From a virus: a DNA stretch of 44,295 nt. The stretch is taken from IMG/VR virus record IMGVR_UViG_3300034141_000024, positions 1 through 44,295 of that record; one strand, 5' to 3'. The position numbers and the translations under genes are program-made. Below are positions 8,227 through 15,400 of the stretch, one piece after another; position 1 is the stretch's first letter; each line of letters opens with the position of its first letter. Below the pieces are notes generated by a model. It worked only from the letters and a program-made list of their open reading frames with translations. It was not told the origin of the DNA and did no database searches.

Positions 8227-8838
8227 ATGCCCAAGATCGTGGACACCAAAGAGCGCATCATCAAGGCGGGCGTGAAGCTTGCCGGCAAGATCGGCACGAC
8301 CAACATCACGCGTCGCAACCTCGCGGAAGCTGCGGGTGTCACGGAGTCGCTGGTTACGCACCACGTCGGCAACGTGGACGACATGCGCAAGCTGGTGAAG
8401 CGCGAGGCCAGGAAGGCTGGCGTGGTCGAGCCCGACAAGGCCAAGCAGGAAGCGATTGGCGTCAAGCTGCGTGCGCACGGTCCGCGCAAGGTGACAGTGA
8501 ACGGCAAGAGCGTCGCGGTCAAGACGGTGCCGCGATCGGAGCGTGTCGCAAAAAAGTCCGCAGTGGCGTCGACCCGTACCCCGCAGGCCCGTGGCCGCAC
8601 TGCGTCTAAGGCGCCTGCCGCAAAAAAGTCGGTTGGTGGCAGCAAGCGTTCCAGCGTGAGCAAGCCCGCATCCTCGCCGAGCGCGCCCGTTGAGGCGGTG
8701 CTTGACGGCAAACTCGCCGCCGAGGTCCGCCACCACGCCGAGGTCGCGCATGTGCCGGTCGTGACCGCCGCGCGCGAACCGAAGGCGCCGCCGATCGCGA
8801 TCCCGGTGCCCGTGCCGACCGTGGACGCCGCAGCATGA
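8227..8838 (+). CDS. DNA-binding protein: N-terminal TetR-type helix-turn-helix plus a Lys/Arg/Ala/Pro-rich basic tail
   Basis: ATG at 8227 after GGAGG. ERIIKAGVKLAGKIGTTNITRRNLAEAAGVTESLVTHHVGN looks like a TetR-family HTH. The tail is low-complexity and basic (AKKSAVASTRTPQARGRTASKAPAAKKSVGGSKRSS...). Confidence 0.65.
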   Translation: MPKIVDTKERIIKAGVKLAGKIGTTNITRRNLAEAAGVTESLVTHHVGNVDDMRKLVKREARKAGVVEPDKAKQEAIGVKLRAHGPRKVTVNGKSVAVKTVPRSERVAKKSAVASTRTPQARGRTASKAPAAKKSVGGSKRSSVSKPASSPSAPVEAVLDGKLAAEVRHHAEVAHVPVVTAAREPKAPPIAIPVPVPTVDAAA

Positions 8839-9086
8839 GCCGCGTGCAGCTAGGTGCCACGTACAGCGACATCATCAGCGGATTTACCGGTGTCGCCATC
8901 GGGCACGTCGACTACATCACGGGCTGCAATCAGACGCTCTTGCAGCCGCGCAGTGACGAGTCGCGCGTCAAGCTGGAGTCGCAGTGGTTCGATGACCAAC
9001 GGCTCCGCTACGACGAGACGGAAAACGTGATCGTCATCGACAACGGCACGACGCCAGGATGCGACAAGCCGGCGCCCCGCATCTGA
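8835..9086 (+). CDS. hypothetical protein
   Basis: ATGA coupling. It is the last ORF before a terminator. Confidence 0.6.
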   Translation: MSRVQLGATYSDIISGFTGVAIGHVDYITGCNQTLLQPRSDESRVKLESQWFDDQRLRYDETENVIVIDNGTTPGCDKPAPRI

Positions 9087-9106
9087 CAGTGTGGTAAGTC
9101 CCCGAG

Positions 9107-9131
9107 CCCCCGCCAAGTGCGGGGGTTTTTT
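9107..9131 (+). terminator. Rho-independent terminator
   Basis: Stem cccccgc / gcggggg with loop caagt, followed by tttttt. Confidence 0.75.
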
Positions 9132-9135
9132 ATTG

Positions 9136-9164
9136 TTGACACTATTTGGGGACGGGTGTATTGT
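9136..9164 (+). promoter_or_regulatory. Sigma70-like promoter P1
   Basis: TTGACA (9136-9141), 17-nt spacer, TATTGT (9159-9164). The 20 nt TTTATTGTTGACACTATTTG (9129-9148) are identical to the minus-strand sequence at 21185-21166. Confidence 0.65.
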
Positions 9165-9190
9165 CACCCTACCTACCGGGAGAGAGGCAG

Positions 9191-9307
9191 ATGGAACGTA
9201 GAAAGTGGAAATTTGACATGCCCAGCTATCTGATCGGCATGTTCACGACGGTGCTGATGGGCGCGGCGATCGACCGAGTGATGGGGGTGGTGCTGTGCGC
9301 AAACTGA
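9191..9307 (+). CDS. small membrane protein (38 aa; not in the ORF track)
   Basis: GGGAGAGAGG SD, then ATG. MERRKWKFDMPSYLIGMFTTVLMGAAIDRVMGVVLCAN has one hydrophobic helix. It is the first ORF after P1. Confidence 0.5.
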   Translation: MERRKWKFDMPSYLIGMFTTVLMGAAIDRVMGVVLCAN

Positions 9308-9582
9308 TCGCGGCACTGCGTCCGACGCCGCAACAACAGATCGACGACCTCATCAAGCTGGTGGCAACGCTGCGAGGCGAAGCGGAGTCCTGGCGCGTGC
9401 GGCACGACTATCACTGCCAGTACGTTGCGCACATCGACCCGCACGCCGATTGGTGGGGCTTCGCACATCACAAGCAAGCGTGCCATGAGGCTGCGATCGA
9501 GCGCGACGCGATCAACGTCAAGATCGCCAAGCATGCGACGAAGCTGGAAGAACTGATGAGCGCGGGGTGGACCAATGGATGA
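9295..9582 (+). CDS. hypothetical protein
   Basis: GTG start overlapping the small ORF. The exact start is uncertain. Confidence 0.5.
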   Translation: MRKLIAALRPTPQQQIDDLIKLVATLRGEAESWRVRHDYHCQYVAHIDPHADWWGFAHHKQACHEAAIERDAINVKIAKHATKLEELMSAGWTNG

Positions 9583-10006
9583 CGAACTGATCTGCACAGC
9601 TGAGTGGATGGTCGTTCTGCCGTTTACTGTCAAAGACGGCGACAGCGTGACCATCAAGGATAAGAGCGGCAAGGTGCTTGCGGTTGTGGGTGTGGGTGTG
9701 GGTGTGGGTGTCGACATGGGCTCGCCGGAAGGCGACATCACTGTGATCGGCACCGTGACGCCGGAAGGCGTGAGCGATGTCCAGACGGTGTGCCGTGGTT
9801 GCTGGCAGTTTGGCAACAACTGCAAGCGTTGCAAGCGGTGTTTGCCGTGGCAGGCCGTATTGTTGCCCGATTCGCGCTTCAAGAATCTGGATGAGGCACT
9901 AGCTCACGCGTGGCATGTCCAGTGGGATTCGCCCGCCCCGCTACCGTTTGGGTATGCGAAGACGATGGTTTGGGATGCCAATAACCAGGAGTGGCGCAAT
10001 GGTTGA
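9575..10006 (+). CDS. hypothetical Cys-rich protein containing a (Gly-Val)n repeat
   Basis: The ATG overlaps the upstream stop. Contains VVGVGVGVGV and CRGCWQFGNNCKRCKRC (zinc-knuckle-like). Confidence 0.6.
   Translation: MDDELICTAEWMVVLPFTVKDGDSVTIKDKSGKVLAVVGVGVGVGVDMGSPEGDITVIGTVTPEGVSDVQTVCRGCWQFGNNCKRCKRCLPWQAVLLPDSRFKNLDEALAHAWHVQWDSPAPLPFGYAKTMVWDANNQEWRNG
9686..9709. repeat. Hexanucleotide tandem repeat (GTGGGT)x4 inside a CDS
   Basis: Reads gtgggtgtgggtgtgggtgtgggt directly. It is in frame and encodes GVGVGVGV. Confidence 0.9.
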
Positions 10007-10763
10007 CAACACGAAGCCGGGGGCGGTGGATGCGCTGCGGGCGCTAGTTGCCAACATGGACGCGGCAGCGAAGGACGAGCGAAACCACTTGCACTATCGG
10101 TCAGCGTGCGCGCAACACGCGATGCAGCTTGCAAGCATTCTCAGCGCGACCCTGGCCGCACCCCACGGGCAGCCTGCGGTGGATGCGCTGCGCGAGATTC
10201 AGATCGTGGCGCACGCGACCGACGAGGCCGACCAAACCGATGTTCCGACGCTGCTTGCATGGCTGCGCACGGTCGTCGATCCGGTGTTGGCGCAGCCCCA
10301 CGCGCAGGAGGCCGCGCCACGCGGCAACGGGGAGGCGGCAACCGGAGAGCCGAAGGTCTGCCCGTTCTGTGGCGGGCCTGCGCACGTCGAGCGCAAGAAC
10401 TACGGCAGCAAGACGACCATTGGATGCAAGCCCTGCCGCATTTACATGAGCGACAAGTGGTCGAGGGTGCTGTCAGCGTGGAACCGTCGCACCGCACCCC
10501 CGGCCGCGCAGGCGAGCGACACGCGATGCTTCACCTGCGGCAACCCAAAGCACGACGGCGCATGCCCCGAGCCGAAAATGTGCGACCGACTGCTGTCACG
10601 CGCGCTTCGGGCGGAGCGGGAGCGCGACGAGTGGAAGGAAGCCCACGATATTTCGCGCAAGGAGTGGGAGGCGGCCGATAACAAGGCGGCGCGGCTAGAG
10701 GCCCAACTGTCCGCCCTGCGGACCTACACCCCGGCGAGCGAGGATAGCCATGACCCGCGATGA
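9999..10763 (+). CDS. Protein with a central Lar-like (restriction-alleviation family) zinc-ribbon domain
   Basis: The ATG at 9999 overlaps the upstream TGA, with GGAG upstream. CPFCGGPAHVERKNYGSKTTIGCKPCRIYMSDKWSRVLSAWNRR matches the Lar family signature (CPFCGG...C..C...AWNRR). It is followed by a second Cys motif and a coiled-coil tail. Confidence 0.6.
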   Translation: MVDNTKPGAVDALRALVANMDAAAKDERNHLHYRSACAQHAMQLASILSATLAAPHGQPAVDALREIQIVAHATDEADQTDVPTLLAWLRTVVDPVLAQPHAQEAAPRGNGEAATGEPKVCPFCGGPAHVERKNYGSKTTIGCKPCRIYMSDKWSRVLSAWNRRTAPPAAQASDTRCFTCGNPKHDGACPEPKMCDRLLSRALRAERERDEWKEAHDISRKEWEAADNKAARLEAQLSALRTYTPASEDSHDPR

Positions 10764-10929
10764 GCGCGAAGCAATGTGGCAGCTCCACAAAGAGCTGAAC
10801 GGCTACCCGATCCCCTGGCAGAGCGTGCAGCGGCGTGCGGCAGAGATTGCAGCGCGCCGGCCGCGAGTGCCCGTGCCGATTCCTGTTCCGCGTCCTGTCG
10901 TCCCACCCATCCCGAGGCCACAGCAATGA
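10750..10929 (+). CDS. hypothetical protein (59 aa; below the ORF-track cutoff)
   Basis: GAGGA SD, then ATG. MTRDEREAMWQLHKELNGYPIPWQSVQRRAAEIAARRPRVPVPIPVPRPVVPPIPRPQQ. Its TGA overlaps the next ATG (ATGA). Confidence 0.45.
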   Translation: MTRDEREAMWQLHKELNGYPIPWQSVQRRAAEIAARRPRVPVPIPVPRPVVPPIPRPQQ

Positions 10930-11126
10930 CCGTGTTCTACATCCTCGCGCTGTTCGCGTTGTTCTACGGCATCTTGCAGACGCGCAACCGTCGCAAGATT
11001 CGTGGCCTCAAGTCCCAGGTGGAAGGGTTGAAGGCTCGCCACCTGCGGTTGCAGGAAGCGTATTGGCGGCAAGTCAATGAAGCATTCGACAGCGAACCGG
11101 AGGCGCATCGTGATGAACGACGCTAA
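10926..11126 (+). CDS. small membrane-anchored protein
   Basis: ATGA coupling. MTVFYILALFALFYGIL forms a TM helix, followed by a charged coiled segment. Confidence 0.55.
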   Translation: MTVFYILALFALFYGILQTRNRRKIRGLKSQVEGLKARHLRLQEAYWRQVNEAFDSEPEAHRDERR

Positions 11127-11391
11127 CGTCGAGGCCGTGCGCGAGAAGTTGTTGCGGCGCTCGCAGATCGGGTTCATCAAGTACGGCACGACCACGGAAC
11201 GCGACGACCTGTCAGCGATGGAGTGGTTGCAGCATCTACAGGAAGAACTTATGGATGCGTGCGTCTACATCGAAGCGTTCATGCGAAACTCGCAACGTCC
11301 CAAGCCGATGATGCACTGGCGCGATATGGCCGGCGTTACCGAAGTTCGGTTGAACGACGAAGTGATCTGGAAGGTGGGAGACGAGGCATGA
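11113..11391 (+). CDS. hypothetical helical protein (weak resemblance to phage dNTP-pyrophosphohydrolase-like domains)
   Basis: GGAGG lies upstream, and the GTG at 11110 is an alternative start. GFIKYGTTTERDDLSAMEWLQHLQEELMDACVYIEAF. The functional guess is weak. Confidence 0.45.
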   Translation: MNDANVEAVREKLLRRSQIGFIKYGTTTERDDLSAMEWLQHLQEELMDACVYIEAFMRNSQRPKPMMHWRDMAGVTEVRLNDEVIWKVGDEA

Positions 11392-11594
11392 GCGCGCAAC
11401 ATGCGGTGATCCTGACGTGTGATGAGTGTGGCGCTGAGACGCATTTTGTTACTCAGAACATTGGCGATGCACGTAGGCAAGCACGCCGTTTTGGATGGAA
11501 GTGCAACATGAAGCCGACCACGAACAAGCCTGCCACCTATAGCGAGACTCGCGACGAATGCTGCACATGTAGCGGCAAGGTGCCCCGTGGCTAA
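11388..11594 (+). CDS. hypothetical zinc-ribbon protein
   Basis: ATGA coupling. CDEC ... CCTC cysteine pairs. Confidence 0.55.
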   Translation: MSAQHAVILTCDECGAETHFVTQNIGDARRQARRFGWKCNMKPTTNKPATYSETRDECCTCSGKVPRG

Positions 11595-11943
11595 TTGCGC
11601 CCGATGCAACACGCCGCTCTACCTGGGCGCGTACGTCTCGTCGCGCATGAAGCGCGACGAGACGACAGCAGTGCGCTGCAATCGCTGCGGGGCGGTGCAC
11701 TGCGCTGCACGCAGCGGTGTCGAGGTCATTAGTCCGGTGATGGCGCCGATCGACACGCCGGGGCGCATGTCCCCCTGGATGCCGTCGCATACGCGGCCGA
11801 TAGGGCAGGGCTACTACGACTGCAAATTCAGCGACGTCGCCGGGATGCTGACACTATGGTGGAACGGTCGCGAGTTCACGGCGGGGTGCGGTCGACGCGT
11901 GCGCATGGTGACGTTCCAATCCTGGAGGGGCACATGGCTGTGA
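11587..11943 (+). CDS. hypothetical zinc-ribbon protein
   Basis: GTG start overlapping the upstream stop. CARC...CNRC cysteine pairs. Confidence 0.5.
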   Translation: MANCARCNTPLYLGAYVSSRMKRDETTAVRCNRCGAVHCAARSGVEVISPVMAPIDTPGRMSPWMPSHTRPIGQGYYDCKFSDVAGMLTLWWNGREFTAGCGRRVRMVTFQSWRGTWL

Positions 11944-12608
11944 AGCACATCCGTGCGCTTGTGGGGTGTGAGACGTCCGGTGCGATCCGTGAAGCTCTAC
12001 GCGCGCTGGGGGTAGAGGCATGGTCGTGCGATTACCTGCCGGCTGATGATGGGTCGCCGTTCCACTTCCAGTGCGATCTGCGTTGGCTGCTGCGGCAGTT
12101 CCCGCCGTATTTCTTCGATCTGTTCATCGTGCATCCCGAGTGCACGTATGTATGCGCGAGCGGTCTGCACTGGAACAAGCGGGGCGTGATGGTCGACGGT
12201 GTGCCGCGCGCTCAGAAGACCGAGGAAGCGTTGGTGTTCGTGCGCGAAATGCTGGACGCGCCGATGAAGCACATCGTTTTGGAGAACCCGCGTGGCTGCA
12301 TTGGTACGCGCATCCGCAAGGCTGACTGCGTGATCCAGCCATACGAGTTCGGCGACGACGCGAGCAAAGAGACGTTCCTATGGCTAAAGAACCTGCCTCC
12401 GCTTGAGAAAGACCCGGCGTTGCGGGTGCCCGGTCGCAAGGTGCTGCACAACGGCAAGATCGTCGAGCGATGGTCGAATCAGACCGATAGCGGACAGAAT
12501 CGTTTGGGGCCGAGCGACGATCGCTGGAAGGAACGCAGCAAGACGTACCCAGGCATTGCGCGGGCCGTTGCCGAGCATTGTGTGAGGCATATTCTGGCAG
12601 GTGTATAG
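11934..12608 (+). CDS. DNA (cytosine-5) methyltransferase-like protein (short form)
   Basis: ATG at 11934 after GGAGGGG. GCETSG (motif I-like), HPECTY (PC-motif-like), ENPRG (ENV-like) and QPYEFGDDASKETFLWLKNLPPL. I recognise this layout from short phage methylase-like proteins. Not verified. Confidence 0.5.
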   Translation: MAVKHIRALVGCETSGAIREALRALGVEAWSCDYLPADDGSPFHFQCDLRWLLRQFPPYFFDLFIVHPECTYVCASGLHWNKRGVMVDGVPRAQKTEEALVFVREMLDAPMKHIVLENPRGCIGTRIRKADCVIQPYEFGDDASKETFLWLKNLPPLEKDPALRVPGRKVLHNGKIVERWSNQTDSGQNRLGPSDDRWKERSKTYPGIARAVAEHCVRHILAGV

Positions 12609-12636
12609 TGGCCCGGCCAACGGGAGAGGATAGGGC

Positions 12637-15189
12637 ATGTCGTTTCGCAACAGTTTGGGTGCGCTGACAAGCATCCCGCAGTGGTTCGTGTGGCGTTTGG
12701 TGTGGGACGCTGACGAACAGAAATACAAGAAAACGCCGTGTGCTCTTGACGGCAATCCGCGACCGATCGACGCGGGGGATTCACGTAACTGGTGTGACTT
12801 CGATAATGTCGACACGTACGTGCGTTCACTGCGAGAGCGCGCCGCCATCTTGAAAGATGGTGTCACCTATGCACACGGCTTCCGGCTGACCGCCGATGCG
12901 GGTTACTTCCTACTCGACCTGGACAAGTGCGTTACCGATGGCTGCGTGTTGAATCAGCACGCATCGGCGATGGTGCAGGCGTTCCCCGGCGCAATGGTGG
13001 AAATCTCGTCGAGCGGCAACGGCGTGCATGTGATCGGTCGCACCGCTGCGGGCATTCCGCCGCATCGGTCGCGTGACGTGCATGGCCTGCACTACGAGTT
13101 GTATAGCGATCTGCGTGGCATTTGCTTCGCTATTGACGGCGAGGCCGAGGGCAACGCTGATACCGAGTGCGACGCTGCGTTGGCGTCTGTCATCGAGACG
13201 TACTTCCCGCCGCGCGCCGTGGTGGATGGCCCCTCAGTGCGCGCTGAATGGCGTGGGCCTGCTGATGACGATGAGCTGATTCGTCGCATGCTCAATGCCA
13301 AGCAAGGCGCTGCGGCTGCGTTCGGTGCGAAGGCGTCGCTGCGTCAGTTGTGGATGGGCGAGGCTGAGCCCAATAGCGAACACGACATGGCGCTGGCGGC
13401 GCACCTTGCGTTCTGGACGGGTTGCGATGCCGAGCGCATGGAGCGCCTGATGCGTCGGTCGGGCATGGTGCGCGAGAAGTGGAACACGCATCGTCCTGGT
13501 GGCACGTACCTGACGTACACCATCGCCAACGCGATTGCTGGCTGCACTGCCGTGTATCAAGAGCCCGAACGTAGCGTTGCGGCGCAGACGGAGTTGTATG
13601 GCCCGGTGCCGCCTGTGCATACGCAAATGGTGGCAGCGCCGGTCATCACCGACGAGCAGTCGGCAAGGCTCGCCGAACTGATGGATCAAGTCACTGCCTG
13701 CCCGACGTTGGAGGCGATGCACAACGATGTCATCCCGGCGATACGTGCGGCGATGATTCCGCCTGCCATCAGCGAGAAGCTGGCGAGGGCCGTCAACAAG
13801 CAACTGGATTTCTTCGACGCCAAGCTGCCGATCGGCAAGGTGCGTGCGCTCATCAACCCTCCGATCATTGCCGGTGCGCGTGACGTGCCGTCGTGGGTCA
13901 TGCACCACTGCTATGTGCTGAGCAACGATAAGTTCTTCAATCTCGACAACGGCATGGAGCTGACCATGCAGGGCTTCGTGTCGTCGTACGGCAAGCACAT
14001 GCCGATGACCGATTCGGGCCGACGCGAGAACGCCGCTGAGTGGGCGTTGCATCGCTGGAGCATGCAGGTTGTCGACCGGGTGTCGTATCGCCCCGATCAG
14101 CCGCCCTACTTCGTGTGGGATGGCCTGGAGCATGCCAACCTCTACAGTCCGAACAGCGTGCCCGATACGGCCACTGCATACACCGCTGCGGGCGTTGCGG
14201 GCATCGAGGCGTTCAAGTCGCTGTTGTGGGATATGTGCGCGCGGCGCGAACCTGTCTATCTGGCACTGCTGCACTGGCTTGCGTTCGCCGTGCAGCAACC
14301 GGGACGCAAGATTCGTTGGTCGCCGATCATTCGTGGCGTACCCGGCGACGGTAAGTCGATCATTGGCGCCGTGCTGCGTGCAGTGATGGGCGGGCGCAAC
14401 GTTAGCGTGACCGGCAACTCGTCGCTCAAGAACTCAGGTGGCTTCAATGATTGGGCGGTGCGTGCCGCCGTCAACGTCATCGAAGAAATCCACCTGACGG
14501 GCCGCGAGCGCCATGCGCTCTACAACGCCATGAAGGAATTTGTGACGAACAATGTCGTCAACATCAACCCGAAAGGGAAGACGACGCACGACGTATTCAA
14601 TGTCACCAATCACCTTGCGCTGTCGAACCACAACGATGCGTTGCCGTTGGAACCGGAAGACCGGCGCTGGTTCGTGATCTTTACGCCCTGGGAGTCCATC
14701 GCAGGGATGCGGCAGTTTTGTGGTTTGGGGGCCGATGAGTTCCAGGCGCGATTCGACGCCATCGACCATGCGTATAAGACGTGCGCAGGCGAGTTGCGCG
14801 CGTGGCTGCTGAGCGTAGACGTAGATATGAAGGTCGTTGGCAGTGCCTACGCCCCGCTGACCCCTGAGAAGCGCCGGATGATGGCGTCGAGCCGTGATGA
14901 TGTGGAAACGATCGCCGCTCAAATTATCGAGGAAGGATCGTACGGGGTCACTTCTACCGTGCTGTCGAGCGGCTGTCTGACCGGCGCGCTGAAAATTCGC
15001 GGCCAGTTAGAAAATTTCGACGTCCCCAAAGGCGTGGAGGTCAACCGTCTACTTACACGGTTGGGGTTCTCTCAGGTCGAAAAAGTGCTGAAATGGGACG
15101 GAAAAGCGCATCGAGTGTGGATCATCAACGGAATTTCAGACGATAACGACGCTCTGAGGTCACGGTTGGATGCCTCCAAGCCCAACTGA
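12637..15189 (+). CDS. Bifunctional primase-polymerase / SF3 (D5/P4-alpha-like) helicase
   Basis: GGGAGAGGA SD. The N-terminal prim-pol motifs are YFLLDLDKC and ISSSGNGVHVIGR. Walker A is GVPGDGKS and Walker B is VNVIEE. The C-terminal domain is winged-helix-like (...LTRLGFSQVEKVLKWDGKAHRVWII). Confidence 0.9.
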   Translation: MSFRNSLGALTSIPQWFVWRLVWDADEQKYKKTPCALDGNPRPIDAGDSRNWCDFDNVDTYVRSLRERAAILKDGVTYAHGFRLTADAGYFLLDLDKCVTDGCVLNQHASAMVQAFPGAMVEISSSGNGVHVIGRTAAGIPPHRSRDVHGLHYELYSDLRGICFAIDGEAEGNADTECDAALASVIETYFPPRAVVDGPSVRAEWRGPADDDELIRRMLNAKQGAAAAFGAKASLRQLWMGEAEPNSEHDMALAAHLAFWTGCDAERMERLMRRSGMVREKWNTHRPGGTYLTYTIANAIAGCTAVYQEPERSVAAQTELYGPVPPVHTQMVAAPVITDEQSARLAELMDQVTACPTLEAMHNDVIPAIRAAMIPPAISEKLARAVNKQLDFFDAKLPIGKVRALINPPIIAGARDVPSWVMHHCYVLSNDKFFNLDNGMELTMQGFVSSYGKHMPMTDSGRRENAAEWALHRWSMQVVDRVSYRPDQPPYFVWDGLEHANLYSPNSVPDTATAYTAAGVAGIEAFKSLLWDMCARREPVYLALLHWLAFAVQQPGRKIRWSPIIRGVPGDGKSIIGAVLRAVMGGRNVSVTGNSSLKNSGGFNDWAVRAAVNVIEEIHLTGRERHALYNAMKEFVTNNVVNINPKGKTTHDVFNVTNHLALSNHNDALPLEPEDRRWFVIFTPWESIAGMRQFCGLGADEFQARFDAIDHAYKTCAGELRAWLLSVDVDMKVVGSAYAPLTPEKRRMMASSRDDVETIAAQIIEEGSYGVTSTVLSSGCLTGALKIRGQLENFDVPKGVEVNRLLTRLGFSQVEKVLKWDGKAHRVWIINGISDDNDALRSRLDASKPN

Positions 15190-15400
15190 AACCCATACTG
15201 TAACCCTAGAGCCAAGAGCTAACTCTTTCTTTTTACTACTATTTCTTCTATAAAAGTTACAGGTTAGTGGTTACAGTAAGAAATAGATGGTCCAGAAAAA
15301 AGAGAAATGTAGAAGGGAGTTGCCTAACTTACTTCTACAACATTTATTTGTAAGGCCGGAGCAACTGAAAATGGTCTGTAACCGCAACCCTGTAACCTCG
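15190..15400. other. AT-rich region with CTGTAAC(C) iterons; putative origin of replication and/or promoter region
   Basis: By hand count, 46 G+C in 140 nt (15211-15350), which is about 33% in an otherwise GC-rich genome. CTGTAACC occurs at 15198-15205 (+), 15376-15383 (+), 15390-15397 (+) and 15269-15276 (-), and CTGTAAC at 15256-15262 (-). Dyads are ctatttct/agaaatag and aaatgtagaag/cttctacaacattt. Confidence 0.45.

Noticed and set aside
13234-14298. 354-aa minus-strand ORF inside the primase-helicase gene. Similar long antisense ORFs occur at 22473-23315, 27062-28294, 31554-32456, 33114-34136, 36969-38639, 38757-39719 and 40040-41050.
   Set aside because: All lie opposite strongly supported genes, have Arg/His-rich low-information translations, and lack SDs or coupling. 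They are GC-rich shadow frames.
15287-15370. N-terminal extension of the 15287-15721 ORF (MVQKKEKCRRELPNLLLQHLFVRPEQLK).
   Set aside because: It lies wholly in the 33%-GC island, and its codon usage is unlike every other gene. An internal ATG at 15371 has a GGAG SD.
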